From an uncultured archaeon (GTDB lineage Archaea; EX4484-52; JAADEF01): 64,000 nt of DNA. The stretch covers positions 16,622 to 80,621 of the forward strand of contig CAYOWP010000001.1 in NCBI GenBank assembly GCA_964407715.1. The letters run 5' to 3'. Below are positions 10,289-20,167 of the stretch, piece after piece (position 1 is the first letter of the stretch; every line of letters begins with the position of its first letter). The notes under the pieces were generated by a model, which saw only the letters and a program-made list of their open reading frames with translations, was not told the DNA's origin and did not search any database. The position numbers were made by a program, and so were the translations under genes.

Positions 10289-10297
10289 TTTTACACC
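9753..10297. repeat. 545-bp perfect direct repeat, copy B (partner at 10832-11376)
   Basis: Line-by-line identity at a constant offset of 1079 nt. Confidence 0.9.
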
Positions 10298-10299
10298 TT

Positions 10300-10761
10300 T
10301 TATCCTGTCACAATTTCATAACTTTCAATTTCTATGCTGTTTTCTGGACATTCTTTGACTGTTATGGTAATGAGATCTATTTTATCTATTATACTTGAAT
10401 TTATTTTAAATGAAATTCTTTTTGTTACTCCTATATCCACTCTATAAGTGTTGTTTATCTCTTGTATATTTCCATTATGCCCAAATACCGAGATATTTGA
10501 TAATGTGAATGGTATTCTTCCTTGATTTTTAATGTACATCCTGAAATAGTTATCTCCTGTAACATTGAACTCCATTCCATAATATGAAAAATCAATCTTT
10601 TCACATTGCCTAATTTTGGTATATTGATTTTCATATTCCTCTGTTTTTCCTTTAACTAATGTTGAGTACCAACCTGAAAGAAAAAACCCAACACTTACAG
10701 CTATAACTACTAGCATTACAGCACCAACGTATGGTGAGATTCCTTTCATAGATGATTTCAT
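10300..10761 (-). CDS. archaeal type IV pilin-like protein with class III signal peptide
   Basis: MKSSMKGISPYVGAVMLVVIAV: KG|ISP cleavage-site motif followed by a hydrophobic helix. Confidence 0.6.
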   Translation of the reverse strand: MKSSMKGISPYVGAVMLVVIAVSVGFFLSGWYSTLVKGKTEEYENQYTKIRQCEKIDFSYYGMEFNVTGDNYFRMYIKNQGRIPFTLSNISVFGHNGNIQEINNTYRVDIGVTKRISFKINSSIIDKIDLITITVKECPENSIEIESYEIVTG

Positions 10762-10767
10762 GATATC

Positions 10768-11367
10768 TCACTCTGTTTCTTTCTTTTCTTCCTCTTCTCC
10801 CTCCTCTTCACTTTCTTCTGATTCCCTACCCACAATATCAGTCACGCTAACAATAATAAACCCTATTGTTACTAATGTTATAGTTATTGCAACAGTATAT
10901 GGATCTATAACTATCCAGAAATCTCTAAACATATATCCTAAGGTTTCATAAAACAATATGAAAATCACAATCGTTATAATACCTGCTATCACATATTTCA
11001 GCGTGTTATTCTGTTTAACAATATCTGTACCAAATTTTACTCCCAATATTGATAAGGTTAAAGGTATTAATAACAAAGTTACAGCCAATACACCCCACTT
11101 TGTAAATAACTCAGATAAGAACTCAGTTATTGTTCTTGTTTGAGGAGCATAATAAATAATCAAAGTAGCCATTGTTATTGCAAGTAATCTATTAATTCTC
11201 TCTACATTCTTTCCTTTCTCTTTACCAAATATGTTTACCCTTGATAATAAACCATAGATAATAACAAAATACAATAACCAAGGTAAAGCATAATCAAACA
11301 AGCCCATATCTTCAAAAATATAAAGCACATTCCCAATTAAGGATGAATCAAACCACCCATGAAACAT
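10768..11367 (-). CDS. polytopic membrane protein, copy 1 (acidic C-terminal extension)
   Basis: Identical to 9731-10288 plus a C-terminal SEEEGEEEEKKETE tail. Confidence 0.55.
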   Translation of the reverse strand: MFHGWFDSSLIGNVLYIFEDMGLFDYALPWLLYFVIIYGLLSRVNIFGKEKGKNVERINRLLAITMATLIIYYAPQTRTITEFLSELFTKWGVLAVTLLLIPLTLSILGVKFGTDIVKQNNTLKYVIAGIITIVIFILFYETLGYMFRDFWIVIDPYTVAITITLVTIGFIIVSVTDIVGRESEESEEEGEEEEKKETE

Positions 11368-11376
11368 TTTTACACC
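10832..11376. repeat. 545-bp perfect direct repeat, copy A (partner at 9753-10297)
   Basis: See the partner entry. Confidence 0.9.
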
Positions 11377-11384
11377 CTATCTAA

Positions 11385-11939
11385 TTAACTTACAGGCAAA
11401 AGATCAGAGATTGTGGCTACAGGAGTATCAAATGCAGGCCATCCACCATAAGGTTTAGCTATAAGTGCGGTGATGCCTTCACATTCTGTATATAATCTGA
11501 TTTTATCTAAATCATTATCATCTGAGATTTTCAACTCATCATATGGAAGAGTAATATTTACATCTATATATTTGCTTTCATCTTTGTTCAAAGAAATTGG
11601 ATTTTTGAGATTATACACCCTTGATCCCTTTCCTGATGTGTCATATATTTGTATTTGGGTTATTGCAATAGGTTCAAGACCGTTATTAACAACATAAGCC
11701 TCTACTATTACATCTCCATTATATGAGGAATTAAGCCGAGAGAATTCGTTTCTCACATCTATACTTGCATAGCTACACTCTATTTTCTTCTGCCCTTCTT
11801 CAACCTTCTCCTTACTTGATTTCGTGATATTTGTTACCCATGCTGTTATAAGAGCCCCTACTGCCATAGTAAATGCTATTAAAAGCACAGCAGCAACCAA
11901 TGGAGATATAGCCTTATATATGTTTTTTTCCCTTAACAT
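11385..11939 (-). CDS. archaeal type IV pilin-like protein with class III signal peptide
   Basis: KA|ISPLVAAVLLIAFTMAVG N-terminus. Confidence 0.5.
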   Translation of the reverse strand: MLREKNIYKAISPLVAAVLLIAFTMAVGALITAWVTNITKSSKEKVEEGQKKIECSYASIDVRNEFSRLNSSYNGDVIVEAYVVNNGLEPIAITQIQIYDTSGKGSRVYNLKNPISLNKDESKYIDVNITLPYDELKISDDNDLDKIRLYTECEGITALIAKPYGGWPAFDTPVATISDLLPVS

Positions 11940-12049
11940 TTCCTATCACCTTTTCATACATTTTGAATTGAATTGAAATTTTTAACTAATACATTAAATA
12001 TAATTAAGTTTTTCCACATATATATAATTAATTCTTATTGAGGCGTTTT

Positions 12050-12370
12050 AAGTATGCTCAATAATTCTTTATGGTTAAGCGGAAAGTATACCTTATCAAT
12101 AGCACATCAAAGCAGCCAACACTCTTGAAAAAGGTTAGCATACTGCAAAACTTTAGGTAAAGATATGATTTCTGTTAACCAAATTTTTAAAATACGTTAT
12201 TGGACAAAACTGGAATTGTCAAAAAATTTTTGATGAAGGTCTGTTAACAAGAAAACTTATTCTTGCAATCGCATTAGCTCTCTAAGGTTTGCTTTCTCTA
12301 ATACGCTTCTTTAAAAGGTTACTTTTCCGCTTAACAAAATTTTGTTAATAGAGAATTATTGGACAATGCC
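12050..12370. repeat. Composite module 2 element bounded by TIR-like ends, locus C
   Basis: Left gctcaataattctttatggttaagcggaaag, right ttgttaatagagaattattggacaatgcc. Interior aatcgcattagctctctaaggtttgctttctctaatacgcttcttt is homologous to 63560-63610. Confidence 0.85.
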
Positions 12371-12425
12371 GACAAAACTGGCTTTTCATAAAAATATATA
12401 ACTATGTGTGAAATAAATTATTAAT

Positions 12426-12965
12426 ATGGGTAAATTTGAAATTATAGAACATCTTTATCCTGAGAGAAGATGGATATCCTTCACAATTAAAGGGCATAAC
12501 CCTTGGGCTTGGGTTTTTAAAAAATATGTTAAATTAGTTGCCCATATTTTTGAGATTTCAAGTTCAAAGATATATTTGCGTTTTTTGATGGTTGATGATT
12601 TTGAGACATATAAAGGAGGAAGCACTATATATTATAGATATCATGTTGATTTCGTTAAGCCTTGGGATAATTTCACAAAGTTTTGGGTAGAGACACGTCT
12701 TAGTGGTTCACAGGATATAAAGACAAAAGAAGGGGTTGTGGAATTTAAATTTCATCCATATCTAAGAACTAAATTTGAGTATGTAAATCAAATTCAAAAG
12801 AGTTTGATAGATTTATATTGGCTTGGCTATTACCAGAAAAGAGTTAATACATTAAAAGAACAAAATAAGGCATTATTTGAAAAAACCATGTTGGAGATCA
12901 AATCTGCATTGGGTGTGAAGTTAGTAGAGGAAAAAGTAGAAGAGGGATGGAAGGAAGGTTTCTAA
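12426..12965 (+). CDS. hypothetical protein (179 aa)
   Basis: ORF only. Confidence 0.4.
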   Translation: MGKFEIIEHLYPERRWISFTIKGHNPWAWVFKKYVKLVAHIFEISSSKIYLRFLMVDDFETYKGGSTIYYRYHVDFVKPWDNFTKFWVETRLSGSQDIKTKEGVVEFKFHPYLRTKFEYVNQIQKSLIDLYWLGYYQKRVNTLKEQNKALFEKTMLEIKSALGVKLVEEKVEEGWKEGF

Positions 12966-13018
12966 AAATTTTTAGTTTTTTATATGTTTATTTATATTCT
13001 ATGAGGACAAGTTATTAT

Positions 13019-13093
13019 GGGACCGTGGGGTAGCCTGGACTAGCCTTCCACCTTGGGGTGGTGGCGACCCGCGTTCAAATCGCGGCGGTCCCA
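13019..13093 (+). tRNA. tRNA-Pro (anticodon GGG)
   Basis: Acceptor GGGACCG/CGGTCCC, anticodon arm CCACC-TTGGGGT-GGTGG, T-arm GCGCG-TTCAAAT-CGCGC. CCA not encoded. Confidence 0.8.
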
Positions 13094-13230
13094 TCATTCG
13101 AATTTGTGAAATTTTTATCTAAAGAGCAATCGATTTATTTTTGTTTTAATGAAATCTATCCTCAATCTTCTTTGATAGATCAATAGACCCTTTCATTTTG
13201 CAATATCTTCAACTAAAGCAAATAAAATTT

Positions 13231-14625
13231 TTAATAACCGATTGCAATAAAACTCCATTTACTAGGACCAGCACGTTGGAATCCATTGTAAAATCTAAAT
13301 TGTGATAAGGAGGTAGGATAATATACCCAATTATCTTCGTATTCATCTGCGTCATAAGGTTTACCGGTAAAATCAGAATTTGTTTTAGGAGTCACAACTA
13401 ATGAAAAAAATTGGTGAGTAAAAGAAATCGGCAGATTAATTAATCTAACCGATGATATAGGACAATAGAATTCCCCCCACTGAATGATTAAACCATTTGA
13501 AAACTTTATATATCCATTGGTAGATAAAGAAGAATCTATAATCCCTCCTCCTTCCGGCCAGCTAGTTCGACAATCATTGCCAATACATAAGCCATCTCTT
13601 CCTTTGACATAACCAGCAACATCTAATTTCGCTTGTGGATTTGTTGTACCTATACCTACATTACCATTTCCTTTTATAATTACTTTATCATCCCCAGCAA
13701 TTTGAAATCGAATATTGTCGCTATCTTGTTCGTTATTAATTACCACATCTTTTCTATCAGATCCATAATCACGTAATCCAAACATTGCTAAATCTGAATC
13801 CCAATGAACAGTGAAACCTCTAAATTTACCAGAGGGAATTTGGCTTCCACCACAACATGTAGGATCATATCGACCGATATATTGATGTGCATTTTGATCA
13901 AAAATCTCTAATTTTGACTGTGGATTTGGCGTCCCTATGCCAACATTACCATTATTTTTAATAACAAACATATCCCACTGAGTAACTCCGCTATCAGAAG
14001 TATATCCAATAGTAATCCTCTCCTGACCACTTGGATTTCGAATATGCCAATATCCAGAACCAGCAGTTCTTTCTAAGGTAATCCAATCTCCATTTCCTTG
14101 TTTGATTCCAAGTTTACCATGTGGAGATGTTGTTCCTATACCTACTTTACCTGTGCTAACATCCACAAACAATTTCCCACTTCCAATGTTAAGATTTCCT
14201 GATCCTGTAATAGAACCAGAGATTTTTATATCTCCACTAACATCCAACTTTGCTGTTGGTGAAGCTGTCCCTATTCCAACTCTTCCAGTGCTAACATCCA
14301 CAAATAACTTTCCACTACCGATGTTCAAGTTACCTGATGCGATAATAGCGCCAGCAGAGTTTAATCCGCCTACATTGATTGTGTGCGTAGTGGTGGCTCC
14401 ATTGTTTGTTATGTCTTGTAATGTATCTTCTATGATTCCAGCATCTATCCTTCTATTCTCGTCTGCATCAATGGTTGTTAAATCACTTTTAGTTTTTGCG
14501 ATTTGCGAGAGATAATGCCATGGTCTTGTTATGTCAACTTTTACAGCTAATGCTATGGAATATAAAAGCATAAGCGTTATCAAAACCTGAATTCCTATTG
14601 ATATGAGTTTTTGTGAGCGTTTCAT
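13231..14625 (-). CDS. secreted beta-helix repeat protein (tail-fibre-like GxxGIGTxxPxxKLDV repeats)
   Basis: Signal/TM N-terminus and repeats GSGNLNIGSGKLFVDVSTG(R/K)VGIGT(A/T)SP, GNVGIGTPNPQSKLEI, GNVGIGTTNPQAKLDVAG. Internal nucleotide tandem repeat 14133-14205 vs 14268-14340. Confidence 0.55.
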   Translation of the reverse strand: MKRSQKLISIGIQVLITLMLLYSIALAVKVDITRPWHYLSQIAKTKSDLTTIDADENRRIDAGIIEDTLQDITNNGATTTHTINVGGLNSAGAIIASGNLNIGSGKLFVDVSTGRVGIGTASPTAKLDVSGDIKISGSITGSGNLNIGSGKLFVDVSTGKVGIGTTSPHGKLGIKQGNGDWITLERTAGSGYWHIRNPSGQERITIGYTSDSGVTQWDMFVIKNNGNVGIGTPNPQSKLEIFDQNAHQYIGRYDPTCCGGSQIPSGKFRGFTVHWDSDLAMFGLRDYGSDRKDVVINNEQDSDNIRFQIAGDDKVIIKGNGNVGIGTTNPQAKLDVAGYVKGRDGLCIGNDCRTSWPEGGGIIDSSLSTNGYIKFSNGLIIQWGEFYCPISSVRLINLPISFTHQFFSLVVTPKTNSDFTGKPYDADEYEDNWVYYPTSLSQFRFYNGFQRAGPSKWSFIAIGY

Positions 14626-14660
14626 ATATTTTTATAGAGGTTAAAGTGGTATATATAGGT

Positions 14661-15866
14661 TTATCTTCCAAAGATTACCTCCAATACATCTCTATGCTTT
14701 AATATATAATCCTTTCCATGTGCTCTTTTGGTTCTTGCATCTATTACCTTAATGAAATTTTTGGCAAAATCTTCATGAATAGCCCGAGCAAAATCCAAGG
14801 CTGTTGATCCAGTTGGCAAAAGAAAGCAATCAGGCAATACTCTTCCCTCTTTATCAGCCAATTTGTTTACTCCAGCAGGGAATACAGCAATATATTTTAA
14901 CACATCAAATACTACTTTATCCAATATATTTTGTACTCCTGTATTTCCATACACCTTCAACACCTTTTCCTCTATATATTTTAAACCCTCTTTTTGTTTT
15001 TCATTTAGTTTTGAGTCATCAATTATTTTGAAATGACCCTCTCCCGGAATGTATTCTATAATTCCATTTTTATCAGCTTTTCTAAGTGCTATCTCTGCTA
15101 CTGCAGATGTAGGAACTATTAACATTTCCTTATATTTCTTCTTTAACATTTCTATGTTCTCCTTTGCAGATGGCAAATCTGCTTTGTTAGCAGCAATAGC
15201 TATCTTTTTTGATACCTCTCTAACCATTGATGCAAATCTTTTTTTATCATCATTACTCCAGTTTTGCATACTTTTATCTTCCAATCCTAATTCAATAAGA
15301 GAGCATTTTATATCTTTTTCACTGATTTTTAATCCAGAAAGTATTTCATGAAGTATTGTTTCTTTTGGCTTTATCTTTTGAACATCTAATCTGACGCTTT
15401 TATTCCAATTCCTTTCTAAGATTGAGTATATCCACATATCCAATTCCCTTATAAGGAAATCAATATCTTTTGAGGGATCATAATTTCCATAGCCTATAAA
15501 TTCTCCTTCTTCATTTGTGGAACCTGAGGCGTCTATTACTAAGATGAGAGCATCAGCTTGACGCAAATTATCTAAGAATTTATTTCCTAAGCCTCTTCCT
15601 TCATGGGCTCCCGGAACTAGGCCTGGTACATCTATTATCTCTATTGGCACAAATCTATACTTTCCTTTAAGGAAACCATATCGAGGATTAGAAGCAACAC
15701 CAAATTCATATCCTGGATCCTCAACTCTTACATATCCAATTCCTTTATTTGCCTCTATAGTTGTAAAAGGATACTCTGCTATAGCAACATCCACGAGTGT
15801 CATTGCCTTAAACAAACTGCTTTTTCCCACAGAAGGTTTCCCTACTAATCCTATAGTAATGCTCAT
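14661..15866 (-). CDS. Obg-family GTPase (YchF/OLA1-like) with C-terminal TGS domain
   Basis: G1 GLVGKPSVGKSS; EYPFTTIEANKG; C-terminal TGS-like block. Confidence 0.6.
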   Translation of the reverse strand: MSITIGLVGKPSVGKSSLFKAMTLVDVAIAEYPFTTIEANKGIGYVRVEDPGYEFGVASNPRYGFLKGKYRFVPIEIIDVPGLVPGAHEGRGLGNKFLDNLRQADALILVIDASGSTNEEGEFIGYGNYDPSKDIDFLIRELDMWIYSILERNWNKSVRLDVQKIKPKETILHEILSGLKISEKDIKCSLIELGLEDKSMQNWSNDDKKRFASMVREVSKKIAIAANKADLPSAKENIEMLKKKYKEMLIVPTSAVAEIALRKADKNGIIEYIPGEGHFKIIDDSKLNEKQKEGLKYIEEKVLKVYGNTGVQNILDKVVFDVLKYIAVFPAGVNKLADKEGRVLPDCFLLPTGSTALDFARAIHEDFAKNFIKVIDARTKRAHGKDYILKHRDVLEVIFGR

Positions 15867-15912
15867 AAAAGTAAATTTTATATTGAATTAATTTTTTAAA
15901 AAGACACAAAAT

Positions 15913-16193
15913 GGATAGGTTATGTTTTCCGTTAACCATTTTTAAAATAATTGGTTAACGGGAAGCATAACCTATCCAAAGCATATTGCAGCAAGGTATC
16001 CTTTCAAAAAGGTTAGCTGCTTCAGTCTGCTGGATAAAAGGGTTATGTTTTCCGTTAACCAAATTTTTATTTTAATGAAAAATGGTTAACGGGAGGAAAT
16101 CGCTTTCTCAAGGCACATTAGAGCATGCTAACCCTCTACAAAAGGTTAGCTACTTCAATACGCCAAATGAAAGGGTTATACTTCCCGTTAACC
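15913..16193. repeat. Structured intergenic repeat array, locus D (two forward module 1 units plus a perfect 25-bp hairpin)
   Basis: GGATAGGTTATGTTTTCCGTTAACC-15 nt-GGTTAACGGGAAGCATAACCTATCC, then gcagcaaggtatcc...ggttagctgcttc...ggttatgttttccgttaacc, then ggttaacgggaggaaatcgc...gagcatgctaacc...ggttagctacttcaatacgc...gggttatacttcccgttaacc. Confidence 0.9.
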
Positions 16194-16254
16194 GATTATT
16201 TTGCATAAATAAAAAATAGAAAAATTTTTTAATTTATGTGAGAAAGGAAGATTT

Positions 16255-17571
16255 ATGCCATTAAAGAGATCTTTGGGTTTGTTTGAGGTTACTCTTTATG
16301 GTGTGGGAATGATTATAGGAGCTGGTATCTATGTTCTTATAGGTAAAGTTGCTGGATTGGCTGGTTATGGAATATGGCTAAGCTTTCTACTCTCCTCGTT
16401 CATCGCTATTTTTACAGGTTTAAGTTATGCTGAGCTATCTAGCATATTTAAAGAGGATGGAGCAGAGTATGTGTATGTTAGAGAGACAATACAAAAAGAA
16501 TATCTGGCATATCTTGCAGGTTGGTTTGTGCTTTTTGGGAGTATTATATCAGCATCTGTTGTAGCATTGGGTTTTGCTGGATATATGAGTGGCATACTAA
16601 ATATAAATTATATAACTCCCATAGCTATAGGGATGATTTTTCTATTAACATATATTAATTATCGCGGAATAAATCTCTCTGCAAAGGTAAATGATATCGC
16701 TACTTTTTTAGAAATAGGCGGTTTACTTTTTCTTATTATAGGTATCTCGGCTATAACACTAAAAGAAAACATTTCAATACCAGACTTTACTTCCTTTCAT
16801 ATTGGAGGAGTTCTTAATGGTGTCATTTTAGCTTTCTTTGCTTATTTAGGTTTTGGAAGTATAGCAAAGATAAGCGAGGAAGTCAAAAATCCTGGAAAAA
16901 CTGTGCCTCTTGCCATTATATTATCCATCTTAATAACCACTTTATTATATGTTTCTGTAGCCTTGATAAGTGTAATTGCTGTTCCTCCCGAGGAGTTAGC
17001 TAAATCGAATGAACCTGCTTCTTTAATAGCATCAAAAATTCATCCTTCATCAGCATTTCTACTCTCCATTATTGCTTTATTTTCAACAGGAAATACTCTA
17101 CTACTTATCTTAGTCTCGTCATCGCGTATGCTTTATGGATTATCAAAGTATGGTGTGTTTCCAAGATGCTTTACCAAGATAAGTAAGAGCACCTCAACCC
17201 CATATTTGGCTGTTTTAATGGTTGGGCTAATCAGTGCTATATTGTCGCTATTTAAAAAGATTGAAATTGTAGCATCAGTAACCAATATATGGGTCTTCAT
17301 AGCTTATATCTTTGTAAATCTTTCAGTAATATTTCTCAGAATAAAAGAAAGACCTTTTAAAGGATTCAGAGCACCTATGAACATTGGAAAATTTCCTGTG
17401 TTTGCGGTATTGGGGATTATCTCTTCATTAATAATGATTATATACCATTTTGCTTATACTCATACAAGCATTAAACATCCAGATGTATATCTAACAATTT
17501 TGCTTATTACAGCTGCAACAATATATTATCTCTATAAGAGGAAAACCGCGATTACACATTCCACTCATTGA
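16255..17571 (+). CDS. APC-family amino acid/polyamine permease
   Basis: 12-TM profile, GIYVLIGKVAG motif typical of APC transporters. Confidence 0.6.
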   Translation: MPLKRSLGLFEVTLYGVGMIIGAGIYVLIGKVAGLAGYGIWLSFLLSSFIAIFTGLSYAELSSIFKEDGAEYVYVRETIQKEYLAYLAGWFVLFGSIISASVVALGFAGYMSGILNINYITPIAIGMIFLLTYINYRGINLSAKVNDIATFLEIGGLLFLIIGISAITLKENISIPDFTSFHIGGVLNGVILAFFAYLGFGSIAKISEEVKNPGKTVPLAIILSILITTLLYVSVALISVIAVPPEELAKSNEPASLIASKIHPSSAFLLSIIALFSTGNTLLLILVSSSRMLYGLSKYGVFPRCFTKISKSTSTPYLAVLMVGLISAILSLFKKIEIVASVTNIWVFIAYIFVNLSVIFLRIKERPFKGFRAPMNIGKFPVFAVLGIISSLIMIIYHFAYTHTSIKHPDVYLTILLITAATIYYLYKRKTAITHSTH

Positions 17572-18328
17572 AGAATCTTCTTAAGAACTCCTCCATAAAT
17601 CTATACCTTTCCTGAGCCATCTCTTTTGCAGTAGGTGTGTTCATCAAATCCTTGAGTTTTAATAGTTTCTCATAGAAATGATTGATACTTGTGGATTTGG
17701 CTTTCTTGTATTCCTCAAATGATTTGAATTCCTTTGGATGTATATCAGGATCATATATTGCTCTACCTAATTTACCTCCTGTAGCAAAGCATCTTGCTAT
17801 GCCTATTGCACCCATTGCATCTAATCTATCTGCATCTTGAACTATTTTTCCTTCCTTTGAGGATGGAACACTTTTACCAGTGCCTCTAAATGAGATGTCC
17901 TTTATGATCTCAAGAACCTTTTGTGTTGTTTCCTTATCAACGCCAAATTTTTTTAGTATCTTGCGTGCATTTTTCAACTCTTTGCTTTTTTCATTTAATT
18001 TCCAATCATCTAAGTCATGCAAAAGAGCTGCCAATTGCAGAACTCTTAAGTTTACATTTCCTTCTTTTTCAGCAATCTTCAAGGATAGTTTCCATACCCT
18101 ATAGATATGCCACCAATCATGACCGCTACTTTCATTATAGGTTATTTTCTTTATGTGTTCAGCTATCTCATTGATAAGAGAATCGTTGCTGAGCTTCATA
18201 AAAACAAAAATAAGAGAGGATAAATTTAAAAACTTTACTAAATTATATCTACTTATAGGTGGTTGCAGTGGAGAATAAAGAGAGATTATCAAGAGCATTA
18301 ATGTTTGAATTTGAGAAGATAGATTCAA
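17552..18328 (-). CDS. HD-domain phosphohydrolase
   Basis: WHIYRVWKLSLKIA...LLHDLDD (H..HD motifs). Confidence 0.6.
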   Translation of the reverse strand: MNLSSQIQTLMLLIISLYSPLQPPISRYNLVKFLNLSSLIFVFMKLSNDSLINEIAEHIKKITYNESSGHDWWHIYRVWKLSLKIAEKEGNVNLRVLQLAALLHDLDDWKLNEKSKELKNARKILKKFGVDKETTQKVLEIIKDISFRGTGKSVPSSKEGKIVQDADRLDAMGAIGIARCFATGGKLGRAIYDPDIHPKEFKSFEEYKKAKSTSINHFYEKLLKLKDLMNTPTAKEMAQERYRFMEEFLRRFFNEWNV

Positions 18329-18504
18329 ATGAAGGAATAGTAAAGGAACTTATGATAGTTGAGAATCCGTTAGCGGGAAGTTTTAAGGTAAGTAATGGAG
18401 AGATTACAGCATACATTTATATGCACAATAAAACTGTAGAGGTCTTTGTGATAGACGAGAATGGAAACATAAAGAATAAAGAAATTTCCTTAGAGTAAAA
18501 AGAT

Positions 18505-18723
18505 TCAACCTCTTGATGCTATTCTAAAAATTTTTATTTCATCCTCATCATTTATTAAATCTTCATCAGTTACTATCTTATTATTTCTTTTCACTATCAC
18601 TTCTTCAGGATTAATGCCGAGGTTTAAAAGTAGTTCTTTGAGTTTTATTTTCTTTTCTATCTTTATTTTATCAATGCCTTTTTTATAATTATAGGATATC
18701 TTTACCATGACTTTATTTAACAA
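18505..18723 (-). CDS. small ThiS/MoaD-like beta-grasp protein (putative)
   Basis: 72 aa ending ...EIKIFRIASRG. Weak resemblance to ThiS/SAMP but ends in a single Gly. Confidence 0.3.
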   Translation of the reverse strand: MLNKVMVKISYNYKKGIDKIKIEKKIKLKELLLNLGINPEEVIVKRNNKIVTDEDLINDEDEIKIFRIASRG

Positions 18724-18770
18724 ACTTAAGATTTTAAATATGTTGACCTTATAGTATTGAGCAGCAAACT

Positions 18771-18874
18771 TTGTTAACGGGAAGCATAGCTTTATACAAA
18801 GGGTTAACTGCTCTCATACACTTCTTTGAGAGGTTATGTTTCCGCTTAACAATAAAGAATTATTGGACAATGCC
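18771..18874. repeat. Intergenic repeat, locus E (module 1 left arm plus module 2 right TIR)
   Basis: ttgttaacgggaagcatagc ... ttatgtttccgcttaacaataaagaattattggacaatgcc. Confidence 0.85.
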
Positions 18875-18907
18875 TGACCTTATATAACTGCAGAAACTTA
18901 TTTAAAT

Positions 18908-20167
18908 ATGGTATATTTTATTCCTTATATGCATACAAAAACTAAGGAAGATCTAAAGGAAATTGATTTACCTGTGATGAATATAGGCATAGTAGGGCAT
19001 GTGGATCATGGAAAAACAACTCTTACACAGATGCTTACAGGAAAGTTCACTGATGAACATAGCGAGGAGTTAAAGAGAGGGATATCAATAAGATTAGGAT
19101 ATGCTGATTTAAAAATAAAAAGATGTCCAAAATGCGGGACATATACTACATTGGATATATGCTTCAATGATAACACTCCAACACAACTATTGAGAACATA
19201 TTCTATAATTGATGTACCTGGACACGAGACATTGATAGCTACAGTATTAACAGGAACAGCCCTGATAGATGCTGCTATCTTAGTAATAGCAGCAAATGAG
19301 CCATGTCCTCAACCACAAACAGAAGAGCATTTAACAGCATTAGAAATTGCTGGCATTGACAAAATAATCATTGTACAAAATAAAATAGATTTAGTAACAA
19401 AGCAACAAGCAATTGAACATTACAAACAGATAAAGGAATTTATAAAAGGCACAATTGCAGAGAATGCTCCTATTATTCCTGTATCAGCTCATCACAATAC
19501 CAACTTAGAAGTCCTTTTGGAGTACATTTATAATCTCTTTGTTCCTCCAAAGAGAGATGAAACCTTATCACCAATAATGTATGTTGCGAGGAGCTTTGAT
19601 GTCAATAAACCCGGAACAAGAATAAAGGATTTGGTTGGAGGTGTATTAGGTGGTGCTATAAGGCAGGGAATATTTAAGATTGGTGATGAAATAAAGATAC
19701 TTCCCGGTATAAAGAAAGGAGAAAGGTTTATGCCTGTATATACAAAGATAGAGAATATGATGCAGTCTAATAGGAAAATAAAAATAGCGAGACCAGGCGG
19801 CTTGATAGCTATTTCCACTCTTTTGGATCCTTATTTTACAAAGGGAGATAGTATGGTTGGAAATATAGTGGTCAAGAAAGATAATGAGGAAGTAGAGGTA
19901 TATGAGGTGTTACGAGTTAAATATACTCTTATTGAAAGAATTATAGAAAATGAAAGAAAGAAAATTGTTGAGGATATCAATGTAAATGATGTGATTTTAA
20001 TAAACATAGGAACAGCAAGAACCATTGGGATATGCACAAAAAAAGAAAGGGACGTTATTGAATTAAAACTGAAATTGCCTATTGCAGCTTTTAAGGGAGA
20101 TAGATGCGTATTATCAATGCAAGTAGATGGTAGGTGGAGATTAATAGGCTATGGAGAGGTGGTGTAG
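18908..20167 (+). CDS. eif2g: translation initiation factor aIF2 gamma subunit
   Basis: GHVDHGKTTL G1, zinc ribbon CPKCG...DIC, and the overall EF-Tu-like layout. The true start is probably downstream near MNIGIVGH. Confidence 0.8.
   Translation: MVYFIPYMHTKTKEDLKEIDLPVMNIGIVGHVDHGKTTLTQMLTGKFTDEHSEELKRGISIRLGYADLKIKRCPKCGTYTTLDICFNDNTPTQLLRTYSIIDVPGHETLIATVLTGTALIDAAILVIAANEPCPQPQTEEHLTALEIAGIDKIIIVQNKIDLVTKQQAIEHYKQIKEFIKGTIAENAPIIPVSAHHNTNLEVLLEYIYNLFVPPKRDETLSPIMYVARSFDVNKPGTRIKDLVGGVLGGAIRQGIFKIGDEIKILPGIKKGERFMPVYTKIENMMQSNRKIKIARPGGLIAISTLLDPYFTKGDSMVGNIVVKKDNEEVEVYEVLRVKYTLIERIIENERKKIVEDINVNDVILINIGTARTIGICTKKERDVIELKLKLPIAAFKGDRCVLSMQVDGRWRLIGYGEVV

Noticed and set aside
14102-14515. 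137-aa plus-strand ORF antisense to the repeat protein gene, and many other antisense ORFs in the track
   Set aside because: They are mirror ORFs inside well-supported genes on the opposite strand. Their repetitive peptide reflects the sense-strand repeat.
13019-14625. Integrated provirus at tRNA-Pro
   Set aside because: There is no integrase, capsid or terminase gene and no visible duplication of the tRNA 3' end nearby. Only a single tail-fibre-like gene is present.
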